From assembly GCA_053919585.1 (NCBI GenBank), contig CM132828.1: a stretch of 64,000 nt of DNA; one strand, written 5' to 3'. The first letter of the stretch is position 1, and every line of letters starts with the position of its first letter. The stretch is from Euprymna scolopes. Lineage: Eukaryota. The notes beneath the pieces are model-generated. The model ran no database searches. It saw nothing but the letters and a program-made list of their open reading frames with translations, and was not told the origin of the DNA. Of the stretch, positions 8,539 through 23,500 are shown one piece after another. Made by a program: the position numbers and the translations under genes.

Positions 8539-11500
8539 TTTACTTGCGTTTACAACAGGTTTGAATTATTTATGCAAAATTAATATATATTTCGTTAATG
8601 TGTCACTGTAGTTAGATGAGCATCTTAAATGTTTGTCTGGTGTTTACTTGCGTTTACAACAGGTTTGAATTATTTATGCAAAATTAATATATATTTCGTT
8701 AATGTGTCATTGTAGTTAGATGAGCATCTTAAATGTTTGTCTGGTGTTTACTTGCGTTTACAACAGGTTTGAATTATTTATGCAAAATTAATATATATTT
8801 CGTTAATGTGTCACTGTAGTTAGATGAGCATCTTAAATGTTTGTCTGGTGTTTACTTGCGTTTACAACAGGTTTGAATTATTTATGCAAAATTAATATAT
8901 ATTTCGTTAATGTGTCATTGTAGTTAGATGAGCATCTTAAATGTTTGTATGGTGTTTACTTGCGTTTACAACAGGTTTGAATTATTTATGCAAAATTAAT
9001 ATATATTTCGTTAATGTGTCACTGTAGTTAGATGAGCATCTTAAATGTTTGTCTGGTGTTTACTTGCGTTTACAACAGGTTTGAATTATTTATGCAAAAT
9101 TAATATATATTTCGTTAATGTGTCATTGTAGTTAGATGAGCATCTTAAATGTTTGTCTGGTGTTTACTTGCGTTTACAACAGGTTTGAATTATTTATGCA
9201 AAATTAATATATATTTCGTTAATGTGTCACTGTAGTTAGATGAGCATCTTAAATGTTTGTCTTGTGTTTACTTGCGTTTACAACAGGTTTGAATTATTTA
9301 TGCAAAATTAATATATATTTCGTTAATGTGTCACTGTAGTTAGATGAGCATCTTAAATGTTTGTCTGGTGTTTACTTGCGTTTACAACAGGTTTGAATTA
9401 TTTATGCAAAATTAATATATATTTCGTTAATGTGTCACTGTAGTTAGATAACCATCTTAAATGTTTGTCTGGTGTTTACTTGCGTTTACAACAGGTTTGA
9501 ATTATTTATGCAAAATTAATATATATTTCGTTAATGTGTCACTGTAGTTAGATGACAATCTTAAATGTTTGTCTGGTGTTTACTTGCGTTTACAACAGGT
9601 TTGAATTATTTATGCAAAATTAATATATATTTCGTTAATGTGTCACTGTAGTTAGATGAGCATCTTAAATGTTTGTCTGGTGTTTACTTGCGTTTACAAC
9701 AGGTTTGAATTATTTATGCAAAATTAATATATATTTCGTTAATGTGTCACTGTAGTTAGATGAGCAACTTAAATGTTTGTCTGGTGTTTACTTGCGTTTA
9801 CAACAGGTTTGAATTATTTATGCAAAATTAATATATATTTCGTTAATGTGTCACTGTAGTTAAATGAGTATCTTAAATGTTTGTCTGGTGTTTACTTGCG
9901 TTTACAACAGGTTTGAATTATTTATGCAAAATTAATACATATTTCGTTAATGTGTCACTGTAGTTAGATAACCATCTTAAATATTTGTCTGGTGTTTACT
10001 TGCGTTTACAACAGGTTTGAATTATTTATGCAAAATTAATATATATTTCGTTAATGTGTCACTGTAGTTAATGAGCATCCTGAATGTTTGTCTGGTGTTT
10101 ACTTGCGTTTACGACAGGTTTGAATTATTTATGCAAAATTAATATATATTTCGTTAATGTGTCACTGTAGTTAGATGAGCATCTTAAATGTTTGTCTGGT
10201 GTTTACTTGCGTTTACAACAGGTTTGAATTATTTATGCAAAATTAATATATATTTCGTTAATGTGTCACTGTAGTTAGATAAGCATCTTAAATGTTTGTC
10301 TGGTGTTTACTTGCGTTCACAACAGGTTTGAATTATTTATGCAAAATTAATATATATTTCGTTAATGTGTCACTGTAGTAAGATGAGCATCTTAAATGTT
10401 TGTATGGTGTTTACTTGCGTTTACAACAGGTTTGAATTATTTATGTAAAATTAATATATATTTCGTTAATGTGTCACTGTAGTTAGATGAGCATCTTAAA
10501 TGTTTGTATGGTGTTTACTAGCGTTTACAACAGGTTTGAATTATTTATGTAAAATTAATATATATTTCGTTAATGTGTCACTGTAGTTAGATGAGCATCT
10601 TAAATGTTTGTCTTGTGTTTACTTGCGTTTACAACAGGTTTGAATTATTTATGAAAAATTAATATATATTTCGTTAATGTGTCACTGTAGTTAGATGAGC
10701 ATCTTAAATGTTTGTCTGGTGTTTACTTGGGTTTACAACAGGTTTGAATTATTTATGCAAAATCAATATATATTTCGTTAATGTGTCACTGTAGTTAGAT
10801 GAGCATCTTAAATGTTTGTCTGGTGTTTACTTGCGTTTACAACAGGTTTGAATTATTTATGCAAAATTAATATATTTCGTTAATGTGTCACTGTAGTTAG
10901 ATGAGCATCTTAAATGTTTGTCTGGTGTTTACTTGCGTTTACAACAGGTTTGAATTATTTATGCAAAATTAATATATTTCGTTAATGTGTCACTGTAGTT
11001 AGATGAGCATCTTAAATGTTTGTCTTGTGTTTACTTGCGTTTACAACAGGTTTGAATTATTTATGCAAAATTAATATATATTTCGTTAATGTGTCACTGT
11101 AGTTAGATGAGCATCTTAAATGTTTGTCTTGTGTTTACTTGCGTTTACAACAGGTTTGAATTATTTATGCAAAATAAATAGATATTTCGTTAATGTGTCA
11201 CTGTAGTTAGATGAGCATCTTAAATGTTTGTCTTGTGTTTACTTGCGTTTACAACAGGTTTGAATTATTTATGCAAAATTAATATATATTTCGTTAATGT
11301 GTCACTGTAGTTAGATGAGCATCTTAAATGTTTGTCTGGTGTTTACTTGCGTTTACAACAGGTTTGAATTATTTATGCAAAATTAATATATTTCGTTAAT
11401 GTGTCACTGTAGTTAGATGAGCATCTTAAATGTTTGTCTGGTGTTTACTTGCGTTTACAACAGGTTTGAATTATTTATGCAAAATTAATATATATTTCGT

Positions 11501-14500
11501 TAATGTGTCACTGTAGTTAGATGAGCATCTTAAATGTTTGTCTGGTGTTTACTTGGGTTTACAACAGGTTTGAATTATTTATGCAAAATCAATATATATT
11601 TCGTTAATGTGTCACTGTAGTTAGATGAGCATCTTAAATGTTTGTCTGGTGTTTACTTGCGTTTACAACAGGTTTGAATTATTTATGCAAAATTAATATA
11701 TTTCGTTAATGTGTCACTGTAGTTAGATGAGCATCTTAAATGTTTGTCTGGTGTTTACTTGCGTTTACAACAGGTTTGAATTATTTATGCAAAATTAATA
11801 TATATTTCGTTAATGTGTCACTGTAGTTAGATGAGCATCTTAAATGTTTGTCTTGTGTTTACTTGCGTTTACAACAGGTTTGAATTATTTATGCAAAATT
11901 AATAGATATTTCGTTAATGTGTCACTGTAGTTAGATGAGCATCTTAAATGTTTGTCTGGTGTTTACTTGCGTTTACAACAGGTTTGAATTATTTATGCAA
12001 AATTAATATATATTTCGTTAATGTGTCACTGTAGTTAGATGAGCATCTTAAATGTTTGTCTGGTGTTTACTTGCGTTTACAACAGGTTTGAATTATTTAT
12101 GCAAAATTAATATATATTTCGTTAATGTGTCACTGTAGTTAGATGACCATCTTAAATGTTTGTCTGGTGTTTACTTGCGTTTACAACAGGTTTGAATTAT
12201 TTATGCAAAATTAATATATATTTCGTTAATGTGCCACTGTAGTTAGATGAGCAACTTAAATGTTTGTCTGGTGTTTACTTGCGTTTACAACAGGTTTGAA
12301 TTATTTATGCAAAATTAATATATATTTCGTTAATGTGTAACTGTAGTTAGATGAGCAACTTAAATGTTTGTCTGGTGTTTACTTGCGTTTACAACAGGTT
12401 TGAATTATTTATGCAAAATTAATATATATTTCGTTAATGTGTCACTGTAGTTAGATGAGTATCTTAAATGTTTGTCTGGTGTTTACTTGCGTTTACAACA
12501 GGTTTGAATTATTTATGCAAAATTAATATATTTCGTTAATGTGTTCTGTAGTTAGATGAGCATCTTAAATGTTTGTCTGGTGTTTACTTGCGTTTACAAC
12601 AGGTTTGAATTATTTATGCAAAATTAATATATATTTCGTTAATGTGTCACTGTAGTTAGATGAGCATCTTAAATGTTTGTCTGGTGTTTACTTGCGTTTA
12701 CAACAGGTTTGAATTATTTATGAAAAATTAATATATATTTCGTTAATGTGTCACTGTAGTTAGATGAGCATCTTAAATTTTTGTCTGGTGTTTACTTGGG
12801 TTTACAACAGGTTTGAATTATTTATGCAAAATCAATATATATTTCGTTAATGTGTCACTGTAGTTAGATGAGCATCTTAAATGTTTGACTGGTGTTTACT
12901 TGCGTTTACAACAGGTTTGAATTATTTATGACAAATTAATATATTTCGTTAATGTGTCACTGTAGTTAGATGAGCATCTTAAATGTTTGTCTGGTGTTTA
13001 CTTGCGTTTACAACAGGTTTGAATTATTTATGCAAAATTAATATATTTCGGTAATGTGTCACTGTAGTTAGATGAGCATCTTAAATGTTTGTCTTGTGTT
13101 TACTTGCGTTTACAACAGGTTTGAATTATTTATGCAAAATTAATATATATTTCGTTAATGTGTCACTGTAGTTAGATGAGCATCTTAAATGTTTGTCTTG
13201 TGTTTACTTGCGTTTACAACAGGTTTGAATTATTTATGCAAAATTAATATATTTTTCGTTAATGTGTCACTGTAGTTAGATGAGCATCTTAAATGTTTGT
13301 CTGGTGTTTACTTGCGTTTACAACAGGTTTGAATTATTTATGCAACATTAATATATATTTCGTTAATGTGTCACTGTAGTTAGATAACCATCTTAAATGT
13401 TTGTCTGGTGTTTACTTGCGTTTACAACAGGTTTGAATTATTTATGCAAAATTAATATATATTTCGTTAATGTGTCACTGTAGTTAGATGACCATCTTAA
13501 ATGTTTGTCTGGTGTTTACTTGCGTTTACAACAGGTTTGAATTATTTATGCAAAATTAATATATATTTCGTTAATGTGTTACTGTAGTTAGATGAGCATC
13601 TTAAATGTTTGTCTGGTGTTTACTTGCGTTTACAACAGGTTTGAATTATTTATGCAAAATTAATATATATTTCGTTAATGTGTAACTGTAGTTAGATGAG
13701 CAACTTAAATGTTTGTCTGGTGTTTACTTGCGTTTACAACAGGTTTGAATTATTTATGCAAAATTAATATATATTTCGTTAATGTGTCACTGTAGTTAAA
13801 TGAGTATCTTAAATGTTTGTCTGGTGTTTACTTGCGTTTACAACAGGTTTGAATTATTTATGCAAAATTAATACATATTTCGTTAATGTGTCACTGTAGT
13901 TAGATAACCATCTTAAATATTTGTCTGGTGTTTACTTGCGTTTACAACAGGTTTGAATTATTTATGCAAAATTAATATATATTTCGTTAATGTGTCACTG
14001 TAGTTAATGAGCATCCTGAATGTTTGTCTGGTGTTTACTTGCGTTTACGACAGGTTTGAATTATTTATGCAAAATTAATATATATTTCGTTAATGTGTCA
14101 CTGTAGTTAGATGAGCATCTTAAATGTTTGTCTGGTGTTTACTTGCGTTTACAACAGGTTTGAATTATTTATGCAAAATTAATATATATTTCGTTAATGT
14201 GTCACTGTAGTTAGATAACCATCTTAAATGTTTGTCTGGTGTTTACTTGCGTTTACAACAGGTTTGAATTATTTATGCAAAATTAATAGATATTTCGTTA
14301 ATGTGTCACTGTAGTTAGATGAGCATCTTAAATGTTTGTCTGGTGTTTACTTGCGTTCACAACAGGTTTGAATTATTTATGCAAAATTAATATATATTTC
14401 GTTAATGTGTCACTGTAGTTAGATGAGCATCTTAAATGTTTGTATGGTGTTTACTTGCGTTTACAACAGGTTTGAATTATTTATGTAAAATTAATATATA

Positions 14501-17500
14501 TTTCGTTAATGTGTCACTGTAGTTAGATGAGCATCTTAAATGTTTGTATGGTGTTTACTTGCGTTTACAACAGGTTTGAATTATTTATGTAAAATTAATA
14601 TATATTTCGTTAATGTGTCACTGTAGTTAGATGAGCATCTTAAATGTTTGTCTAGTGTTTACTTGCGTTTACAACAGGTTTGAATTATTTATGAAAAATT
14701 AATATATATTTCGTTAAAGTGTCACTGTAGTTAGATGAGCATCTTAAATGTTTGTCTGGTGTTTACTTGCGTTTACAACAGGTTTGAATTATTTATGCAA
14801 AATCAATATATATTTCGTTAATGTGTCACTGTAGTTAGATGAGCATCTTAAATGTTTGTCTGGTGTTTACTTGCGTTTACAACAGGTTTGAATTATTTAT
14901 GCAAAATTAATATATTTCGTTAATGTGTCACTGTAGTTAGATGAGCATCTTAAATGTTTGTCTGGTGTTTACTTGCGTTTACAACAGGTTTGAATTATTT
15001 ATGCAAAATTAATATATTTCGTTAATGTGTCACTGTAGTTAGATGAGCATCTTAAATGTTTGTCTTGTGTTTACTTGCGTTTACAACAGGTTTGAATTAT
15101 TTATGCAAAATTAATATATATTTCGTTAATGTGTCACTGTAGTTAGATGAGCATCTTAAATGTTTGTCTTGTGTTTACTTGCGTTTACAACAGGTTTGAA
15201 TTATTTATGCAAAATTAATAGATATTTCGTTAATGTGTCACTGTAGTTAGATGAGCATCTTAAATGTTTGTCTTGTGTTTACCTGCGTTTACAACAGGTT
15301 TGAATTATTTATGCAAAATTAATATATATTTCGTTAATGTGTCACTGTAGTTAGATGAGCATCTTAAATGTTTGTCTGGTGTTTACTTGCGTTCACAACA
15401 GGTTTGAATTATTTATGCAAAATTAATATATATTTCGTTAATGTGTCACTGTAGTTAGATGAGCATCTTAAATGTTTGTCTGGTGTTTACTTGCGTTTAC
15501 AACAGGTTTGAATTATTTATGCAAAATTAATATATATTTCGTTAATGTGTCACTGTAGTTAGATAACCATCTTAAATGTTTGTCTGGTGTTTACTTGCGT
15601 TTACAACAGGTTTGAATTATTTATGCAAAATTAATAGATATTTCGTTAATGTGTCACTGTAGTTAGATGAGCATCTTAAATGTTTGTCTGGTGTTTACTT
15701 GCGTTCACAACAGGTTTGAATTATTTATGCAAAATTAATATATATTTCGTTAATGTGTCACTGTAGTTAGATGAGCATCTTAAATGTTTGTATGGTGTTT
15801 ACTTGCGTTTACAACAGGTTTGAATTATTTATGTAAAATTAATATATATTTCGTTAATGTGTCACTGTAGTTAGATGAGCATCTTAAATGTTTGTCTGGT
15901 GTTTACTTGCGTTTACAACAGGTTTGAATTATTTATGCAAAATTAATATATTTCGTTAATGTGTCACTGTAGTTAGATGAGCATCTTAAATGTTTGTCTG
16001 GTGTTTACTTGCGTTTACAACAGGTTTGAATTATTTATGCAAAATTAATATATTTCGTTAATGTGTCACTGTAGTTAGATGAGCATCTTAAATGTTTGTC
16101 TTGTGTTTACTTGCGTTTACAACAGGTTTGAATTATTTATGCAAAATTAATATATATTTCGTTAATGTGTCACTGTAGTTAGATGAGCATCTTAAATGTT
16201 TGTCTTGTGTTTACTTGCGTTTACAACAGGTTTGAATTATTTATGCAAAATTAATAGATATTTCGTTAATGTGTCACTGTAGTTAGATGAGCATCTTAAA
16301 TGTTTGTCTGGTGTTTACTTGCGTTTACAACAGGTTTGAATTATTTATGCAAAATTAATATATATTTCGTTAATGTGTCACTGTAGTTAGATGAGCATCT
16401 TAAATGTTTGTCTGGTGTTTACTTGCGTTTACAACAGGTTTGAATTATTTATGCAAAATTAATATATTTCGTTAATGTGTCACTGTAGTTAGATGAGCAT
16501 CTTAAATGTTTGTCTTGTGTTTACTTGCGTTTACAACAGGTTTGAATTATTTATGCAAAATTAATATATATTTCGTTCATGTGTCACTGTAGTTAGATGA
16601 GCATCTTAAATGTTTGTCTTGTGTTTACTTGCGTTTACAACAGGTTTGAATTATTTATGAAAAATTAATATATATTTCGTTAATGTGTCACTGTAGTTAG
16701 ATGAGCATCTTAAATGTTTGTCTGGTGTTTACTTGGGTTTACAACAGGTTTGAATTATTTATGCAAAATCAATATATATTTCGTTAATGTGTCACTGTAG
16801 TTAGATGAGCATCTTAAATGTTTGTCTGGTGTTTACTTGCGTTTACAACAGGTTTGAATTATTTATGCAAAATTAATATATTTCGTTAATGTGTCACTGT
16901 AGTTAGATGAGCATCTTAAATGTTTGTCTGGTGTTTACTTGCGTTTACAACAGGTTTGAATTATTTATGCAAAATTAATATATTTCGTTAATGTGTCACT
17001 GTAGTTAGATGAGCATCTTAAATGTTTGTCTGGTGTTTACTTGCGTTTACAACAGGTTTGAATTATTTATGCAAAATTAATACATATTTCGTTAATGTGT
17101 CACTGTAGTTAGATGAGCATCTTAAATGTTTGTCTTGTGTTTACTTGCGTTTACAACAGGTTTGAATTATTTATGCAAAATTAATAGATATTTCGTTAAT
17201 GTGTCACTGTAGTTAGATGAGCATCTTAAATGTTTGTCTGGTGTTTACTTGCGTTTACAACAGGTTTGAATTATTTATGCAAAATTAATATATATTTCGT
17301 TAATGTGTCACTGTAGTTAGATGAGCATCTTAAATGTTTGTCTGGTGTTTACTTGCGTTTACAACAGGTTTGAATTATTTATGCAAAATTAATATATATT
17401 TCGTTAATGTGTCACTGTAGTTAGATGAGCATCTTAAATGTTTGTCTGGTGTTTACTTGCGTTTACAACAGGTTTGAATTATTTATGCAAAATTAATATA

Positions 17501-20500
17501 TATTTCGTTAATGTGCCACTGTAGTTAGATGAGCAACTTAAATGTTTGTCTGGTGTTTACTTGCGTTTACAACAGGTTTGAATTATTTATGCAAAATTAA
17601 TATATATTTCGTTAATGTGTAACTGTAGTTAGATGAGCAACTTAAATGTTTGTCTGGTGTTTACTTGCGTTTACAACAGGTTTGAATTATTTATGCAAAA
17701 TTAATATATATTTCGTTAATATGTCACTGTAGTTAGATGAGTATCTTAAATGTTTGTCTGGGTTTTACTTGCGTTTACAACAGGTTTGAATTATTTATGC
17801 AAAATTAATATATTTCGTTAATGTGTTCTCTAGTTAGATGAGCATCTTAAATGTTTGTCTGGTGTTTACTTGCGTTTACAACAGGTTTGAATTATTTATG
17901 CAAAATTAATATATATTTCGTTAATGTGTAACTGTAGTTAGATGAGCATCTTAAATGTTTGTCTGGTGTTTACTTGCGTTTACAACAGGTTTGAATTATT
18001 TATGAAAAATTAATATATATTTCGTTAATGTGTCACTGTAAGTAGATGAGCATCTTAAATGTTTGTCTGGTGTTTACTTGGGTTTACAACAGGTTTGAAT
18101 TATTTATGCAAAATCAATATATATTTCGTTAATATGTCACTGTAGTTAGATGAGCATCTTAAATGTTTGTCTGGTGTTTACTTGCGTTTACAACAGGTTT
18201 GAATTATTTATGCAAAATTAATATATTTCGTTAATGTGTCACTGTAGTTAGATGAGCATCTTAAATGTTTGTCTTGTGTTTACTTGCGTTTACAACAGGT
18301 TTGAATTATTTATGCAAAATTAATATATATTTCGTTAATGTGTCACTGTAGTTAGATGAGCATCTTAAATGTTTGTCTCGTGTTTACTTGCGTTTACAAC
18401 AGGTTTGAATTATTTATGCAAAATTAATAGATATTTCGTTAATGTGTCACTGTAGTTAGATGAGCATCTTAAATGTTTGTCTGGTGTTTACTTGCGTTTA
18501 CAACAGGTTTGAATTATTTATGCAAAATTAATATATATTTCGTTAATGTGTAACTGTAGTTAGATGAGCAACTTAAATGTTTGTCTGGTGTTTACTTGCG
18601 TTTACAACAGGTTTGAATTATTTATGCAAAATTAATATATATTTCGTTAATGTGTCACTGTAGTTAGATGAGCATCTTAAATGTTTGTCTGGTGTTTACT
18701 TGCGTTTACAACAGGTTTGAATTATTTATGCAAAATTAATATATATTTCGTTAATGTGTCACTGTAGTTAGATGAGCATCTTAAATGTTTGTCTGGTGTT
18801 TACTTGCGTTTACAACAGGTTTGAATTATTTATGCAAAATTAATATATATTTCGTTAATGTGCCACTGTAGTTAGATGAGCAACTTAAATGTTTGTCTGG
18901 TGTTTACTTTCGTTTACAACAGGTTTGAATTATTTATGCAAAATTAATATATATTTCGTTAATGTGTCACTGTAGTTAGATGAGCATCTTAAATGTTTGT
19001 CTGGTGTTTACTTGCGTTTACAACAGGTTTGAATTATTTATGCAAAATTAATATATATTTCGTTAATGTGTCACTGTAGTTAGACGACCATCTTAAATGT
19101 TTGTCTGGTGTTTACTTGCGTTTACAACAGGTTTGAATTATTTATGCAACATTAATATATATTTCGTTAATGTGTCACTGTAGTTAGATAACCATCTTAA
19201 ATGTTTGTCTGGTGTTTACTTGCGTTTACAACAGGTTTGAATTATTTATGCAAAATTAATATATATTTCGTTAATGTGTCACTGTAGTTAGATGAGCATC
19301 TTAAATGTTTGTCTGGTGTTTACTTGCGTTTACAACAGGTTTGAATTATTTATGCAAAATTAATATATATTTCGTTAATGTGTCACTGTAGTTAGATGAG
19401 CATCTTGAATGTTTGTCTGGTGTTTACTTGCGTTTACAACAGGTTTGAATTATTTATGCAAAATTAATATATATTTCGTTAATGTGTCACTGTAGTTAGA
19501 TGAGCATCTTAAATGTTTGTCTGGTGTTTACTTGCGTTTACAACAGGTTTGAATTATTTATGCAAAATTAATATATTTCGTTAATGTGTCACTGTAGTTA
19601 GATGAGCATCTTAAATGTTTGTCTGGTGTTTACTTGCGTTTACAACAGGTTTGAATTATTTATGCAAAATTAATATATATTTCGTTAATGTGTCACTGTA
19701 GTTAGATGAGCATCTTAAATGTTTGTCTGGTGTTTACTTGCGTTTACAACAGGTTTGAATTATTTATGCAAAATTAATATATATTTCGTTAATGTGTCAC
19801 TGTAGTTAGATGAGCATCTTAAATGTTTGTCTGGTGTTTACTTGCGTTTACAACAGGTTTGAATTATTTATGCAAAATTAATATATATTTCGTTAATGTG
19901 TCACTGTAGTTAGATGAGCATCTTAAATGTTTGTCTTGTGTTTACTTGCGTTTACAACAGGTTTGAATTATTTATGCAAAATTATTATATATTTCGTTAA
20001 TGTGTCACTGTAGTTAGATGAGCATCTTAAATGTTTGTCTGGTGTTTACTTGCGTTTACAACAGGTTTGAATTATTTATGCAACATTAATATACATTTCG
20101 TTAATGTGTCAATGTAGTTAGATGAGCATCTTAAATGTTTGTCTGGTGTTTACTTGCGTTTACAACAGGTTTGAATTATTTATGCAACATTAATATATAT
20201 TTCGTTAATGTGTCACTGTAGTTAGATAACCATCTTAAATGTTTGTCTGGTGTTTACTTGCGTTTACAACAGGTTTGAATTATTTATGCAAAATTAATAC
20301 ATATTTCGTTAATGTGTCACTGTAGTTAGATAACCATCTTAAATATTTGTCTGGTGTTTACTTGCGTTTACAACAGGTTTGAATTATTTATGCAAAATTA
20401 ATATATATTTCGTTAATGTGTCACTGTAGTTAATGAGCATCCTGAATGTTTGTCTGGTGTTTACTTGCGTTTACGACAGGTTTGAATTATTTATGCAAAA

Positions 20501-23500
20501 TTAATATATATTTCGTTAATGTGTCACTGTAGTTAGATAACCATCTTAAATGTTTGTCTGGTGTTTACTTGCGTTTACAACAGGTTTGAATTATTTATGC
20601 AAAATTAATATATATTTCGTTAATGTGTCACTGTAGTTAGATGAGCATCTTAAATGTTTGTATGGTGTTTACTTGCGTTTACAACAGGTTTGAATTATTT
20701 ATGCAAAATTAATATATATTTCGTTAATGTGTCACTGTAGTTAGATAACCATCTTAAATGTTTGTCTGGTGTTTACTTGCGTTTACAACAGGTACAATTA
20801 TGTATGCAAAATTAATATATATTTCGTTAATGTGTCACTGTAGTTAGATGAGCATCTTAAATGTTTGTCTGGTGTTTACTTGCGTTTACAACAGGTTTGA
20901 ATTATTTATGCAAAATTAATATATATTTCGTTAATGTGTCACTGTAGTTAGATAAACATCTTAAATGTTTGTCTGGTGTTTACTTGCGTTTGCAACAGGT
21001 TTGAATTATTTATGCAAAATTAATATATATTTCGTTAATGTGTCACAGTAGTAAGACGACTATCTTAAATGTTTGTCTGGTGTTTACTTGCGTTCACAAC
21101 AGGTTTGAATTATTTATGCAAAATTAATATATATTTCGTTAATGTGTCACTGTAGTTAGATGAGCATCTTAAATGTTTGTCTGGTGTTTACTTGCGTTTA
21201 CAACAGGTTTGAATTATTAATGCAAAATTAATATATATTTCGTTAATGTGTCACTGTAGTTAGATGAGCATCTTAAATGTTTGTCTGGTGTTTACTTGCG
21301 TTTACAACAGGTTTGAATTATTTATGCAAAATTAATATATATTTCGTTAATGTGCCACTGTAGTTAGATGAGCAACTTAAATGTTTGTCTGGTGTTTACT
21401 TGCGTTTACAACAGGTTTGAATTATTTATGCAAAATTAATATATATTTCGTTAATGTGTCACTGTAGTTAGATGAGCATCTTAAATGTTTGTCTGGTGTT
21501 TACTTGCGTTTACAACAGGTTTGAATTATTTATGCAAAATTAATATATATTTCGTTAATGTGTCACTGTAGTTAGATGAGCATCTTAAATGTTTGTCTGG
21601 TGTTTACTTGCGTTTACAACAGGTTTGAATTATTTATGCAAAATTAATATATATTTCGTTAATGTGTCACTATAGTTAGATGAGCAACTTAAATGTTTGT
21701 CTGGTGTTTACTTGCGTTTACAACAGGTTTAAATTATTTATGCAAAATTAATATATATTTCGTTAAGGTGTCACTGTAGTTAGATGAGTATCTTAAATGT
21801 TTGTCTGGTGTTTACTTGCATTTACAACAGGTTTTAATTATTTATGCAAAATTAATATATATTTCGTTAATGTGTCACTGTAGTTAGATAACCATCTTAA
21901 ATATTTGTCTGGTGTTTACTTGCGTTTACAACAGGTTTGAATTATTTATGCAAAATTAATATATATTTCGTTAATGTGTCACTGTAGTTAATAAGCATCC
22001 TGAATGTTTGTCTGGTGTTTACTTGCGTTTACAACAGGTTTGAATTATTTATGCAAAATTAATATATATTTCGTTAAGGTGTCACTGTAGTTAGATGAGC
22101 ATCTTAAATGTTTGTCTGGTGTTTACTTGCGTTTACAACAGGTTTGAATTATTTATGCAAAATTAATATATATTTCGTTAATGTGTCACTGTAGTTAGAT
22201 GAGCATCTTAAATGTTTGTCTGGTGTTTACTTGCGTTTACAACAGGTTTGAATTATTTATGCAAAATTGATATATATTTCGTTAATGTGTCACTGTAGTT
22301 AGATGAGCATCTTAAATGTTTGTCTGGTGTTTACTTGCGTTTACAACAGGTTTGAATTATTTATGCAAAATTAATATATATTTCGTTAATGTGTCACTGT
22401 AGTTAGATGAGCATCTTAAATGTTTGTCTGGTGTTTACTTGCGTTTACAACAGGTTTGAATTATTTATGCAAAATTAATATATATTTCGTTAATGTGTCA
22501 CTGTAGTTAGATGACCATCTTAAATGTTTGTCTGGTGTTTACTTGCGTTCACAACAGGTTTGAATTATTTATGCAAAATTAATATATATTTCGTTAATGT
22601 GTCACTGTAGTTAGATGACCATCTTAAATGTTTGTCTGGTGTTTACTTGCGTTTACAACAGGTTTGAATTATTTATGCAACATTAATATATATTTCGTTA
22701 ATGTGTCACTGTAGTTAGATAACCATCTTAAATGTTTGTCTGGTGTTTACTTGCGTTTACAACAGGTTTGAATTATTTATGCAAAATTAATATATATTTC
22801 GTTAATGTGTCACTGTAGTTAGATAACCATCTTAAATGTTTGTCTGGTGTTTACTTGCGTTTACAACAGGTTTGAATTATTTATGCAAAATTAATATATA
22901 TTTCGTTAATGTGTCATTGTAGTTAATGAGCATCTTAAATGTTTGTCTGGTGTTTACTTGCGTTTACAACAGGTTTGAATTATTTATGCAAAATTAATAT
23001 ATATTTCGTTAATGTGTCACTGTAGTTAGATGAGCATCTTAAATGTTTGTCTGGTGTTTACTTGCGTTTACAACAGGTTTGAATTATTTATGCAAAATTA
23101 ATATATATTTCGTTAATGTGTCACTGTAGTTAGATGAGTATCTTAAATATGTGTCTGGTGTTTACTTGCGTTTACAACAGGTTTGAATTATTTATGCAAA
23201 ATTAATATATATTTCGTTAATGTGTCACTGTAGTTAGATGAGTATCTTAAATGTTTGTCTGGTGTTTACTTGCGTTTACAATAGGTTTGAATTATTTATG
23301 CAAAATTTATATATATTTCGTTAATGTGTCACTGTAGTTAATGAGCATCCTGAATGTTTGTCTGGTGTTTACTTGCGTTTACAACAGGTTTGAATTATTT
23401 ATGCAAAATTAATATATATTTCGTTAATGTGTCACTGTAGTTAGACGACCATCTTTAATGTTTGTCTGGTGTTTACTTGCGTTTACAACAGGTTTGAATT

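Noticed and set aside
8590-8606. CENP-B box in the 104-bp monomer (TTTCGTTAATGTGTCAC)
   Set aside because: Only TTCG matches; the required A and CGGG of NTTCGNNNNANNCGGGN are absent.
831-8644. Common origin of the 78-bp and 104-bp repeats (both multiples of 26; shared AGGTTTG and AAATTAAT)
   Set aside because: Only short AT-rich words are shared and I could not build a convincing colinear alignment.
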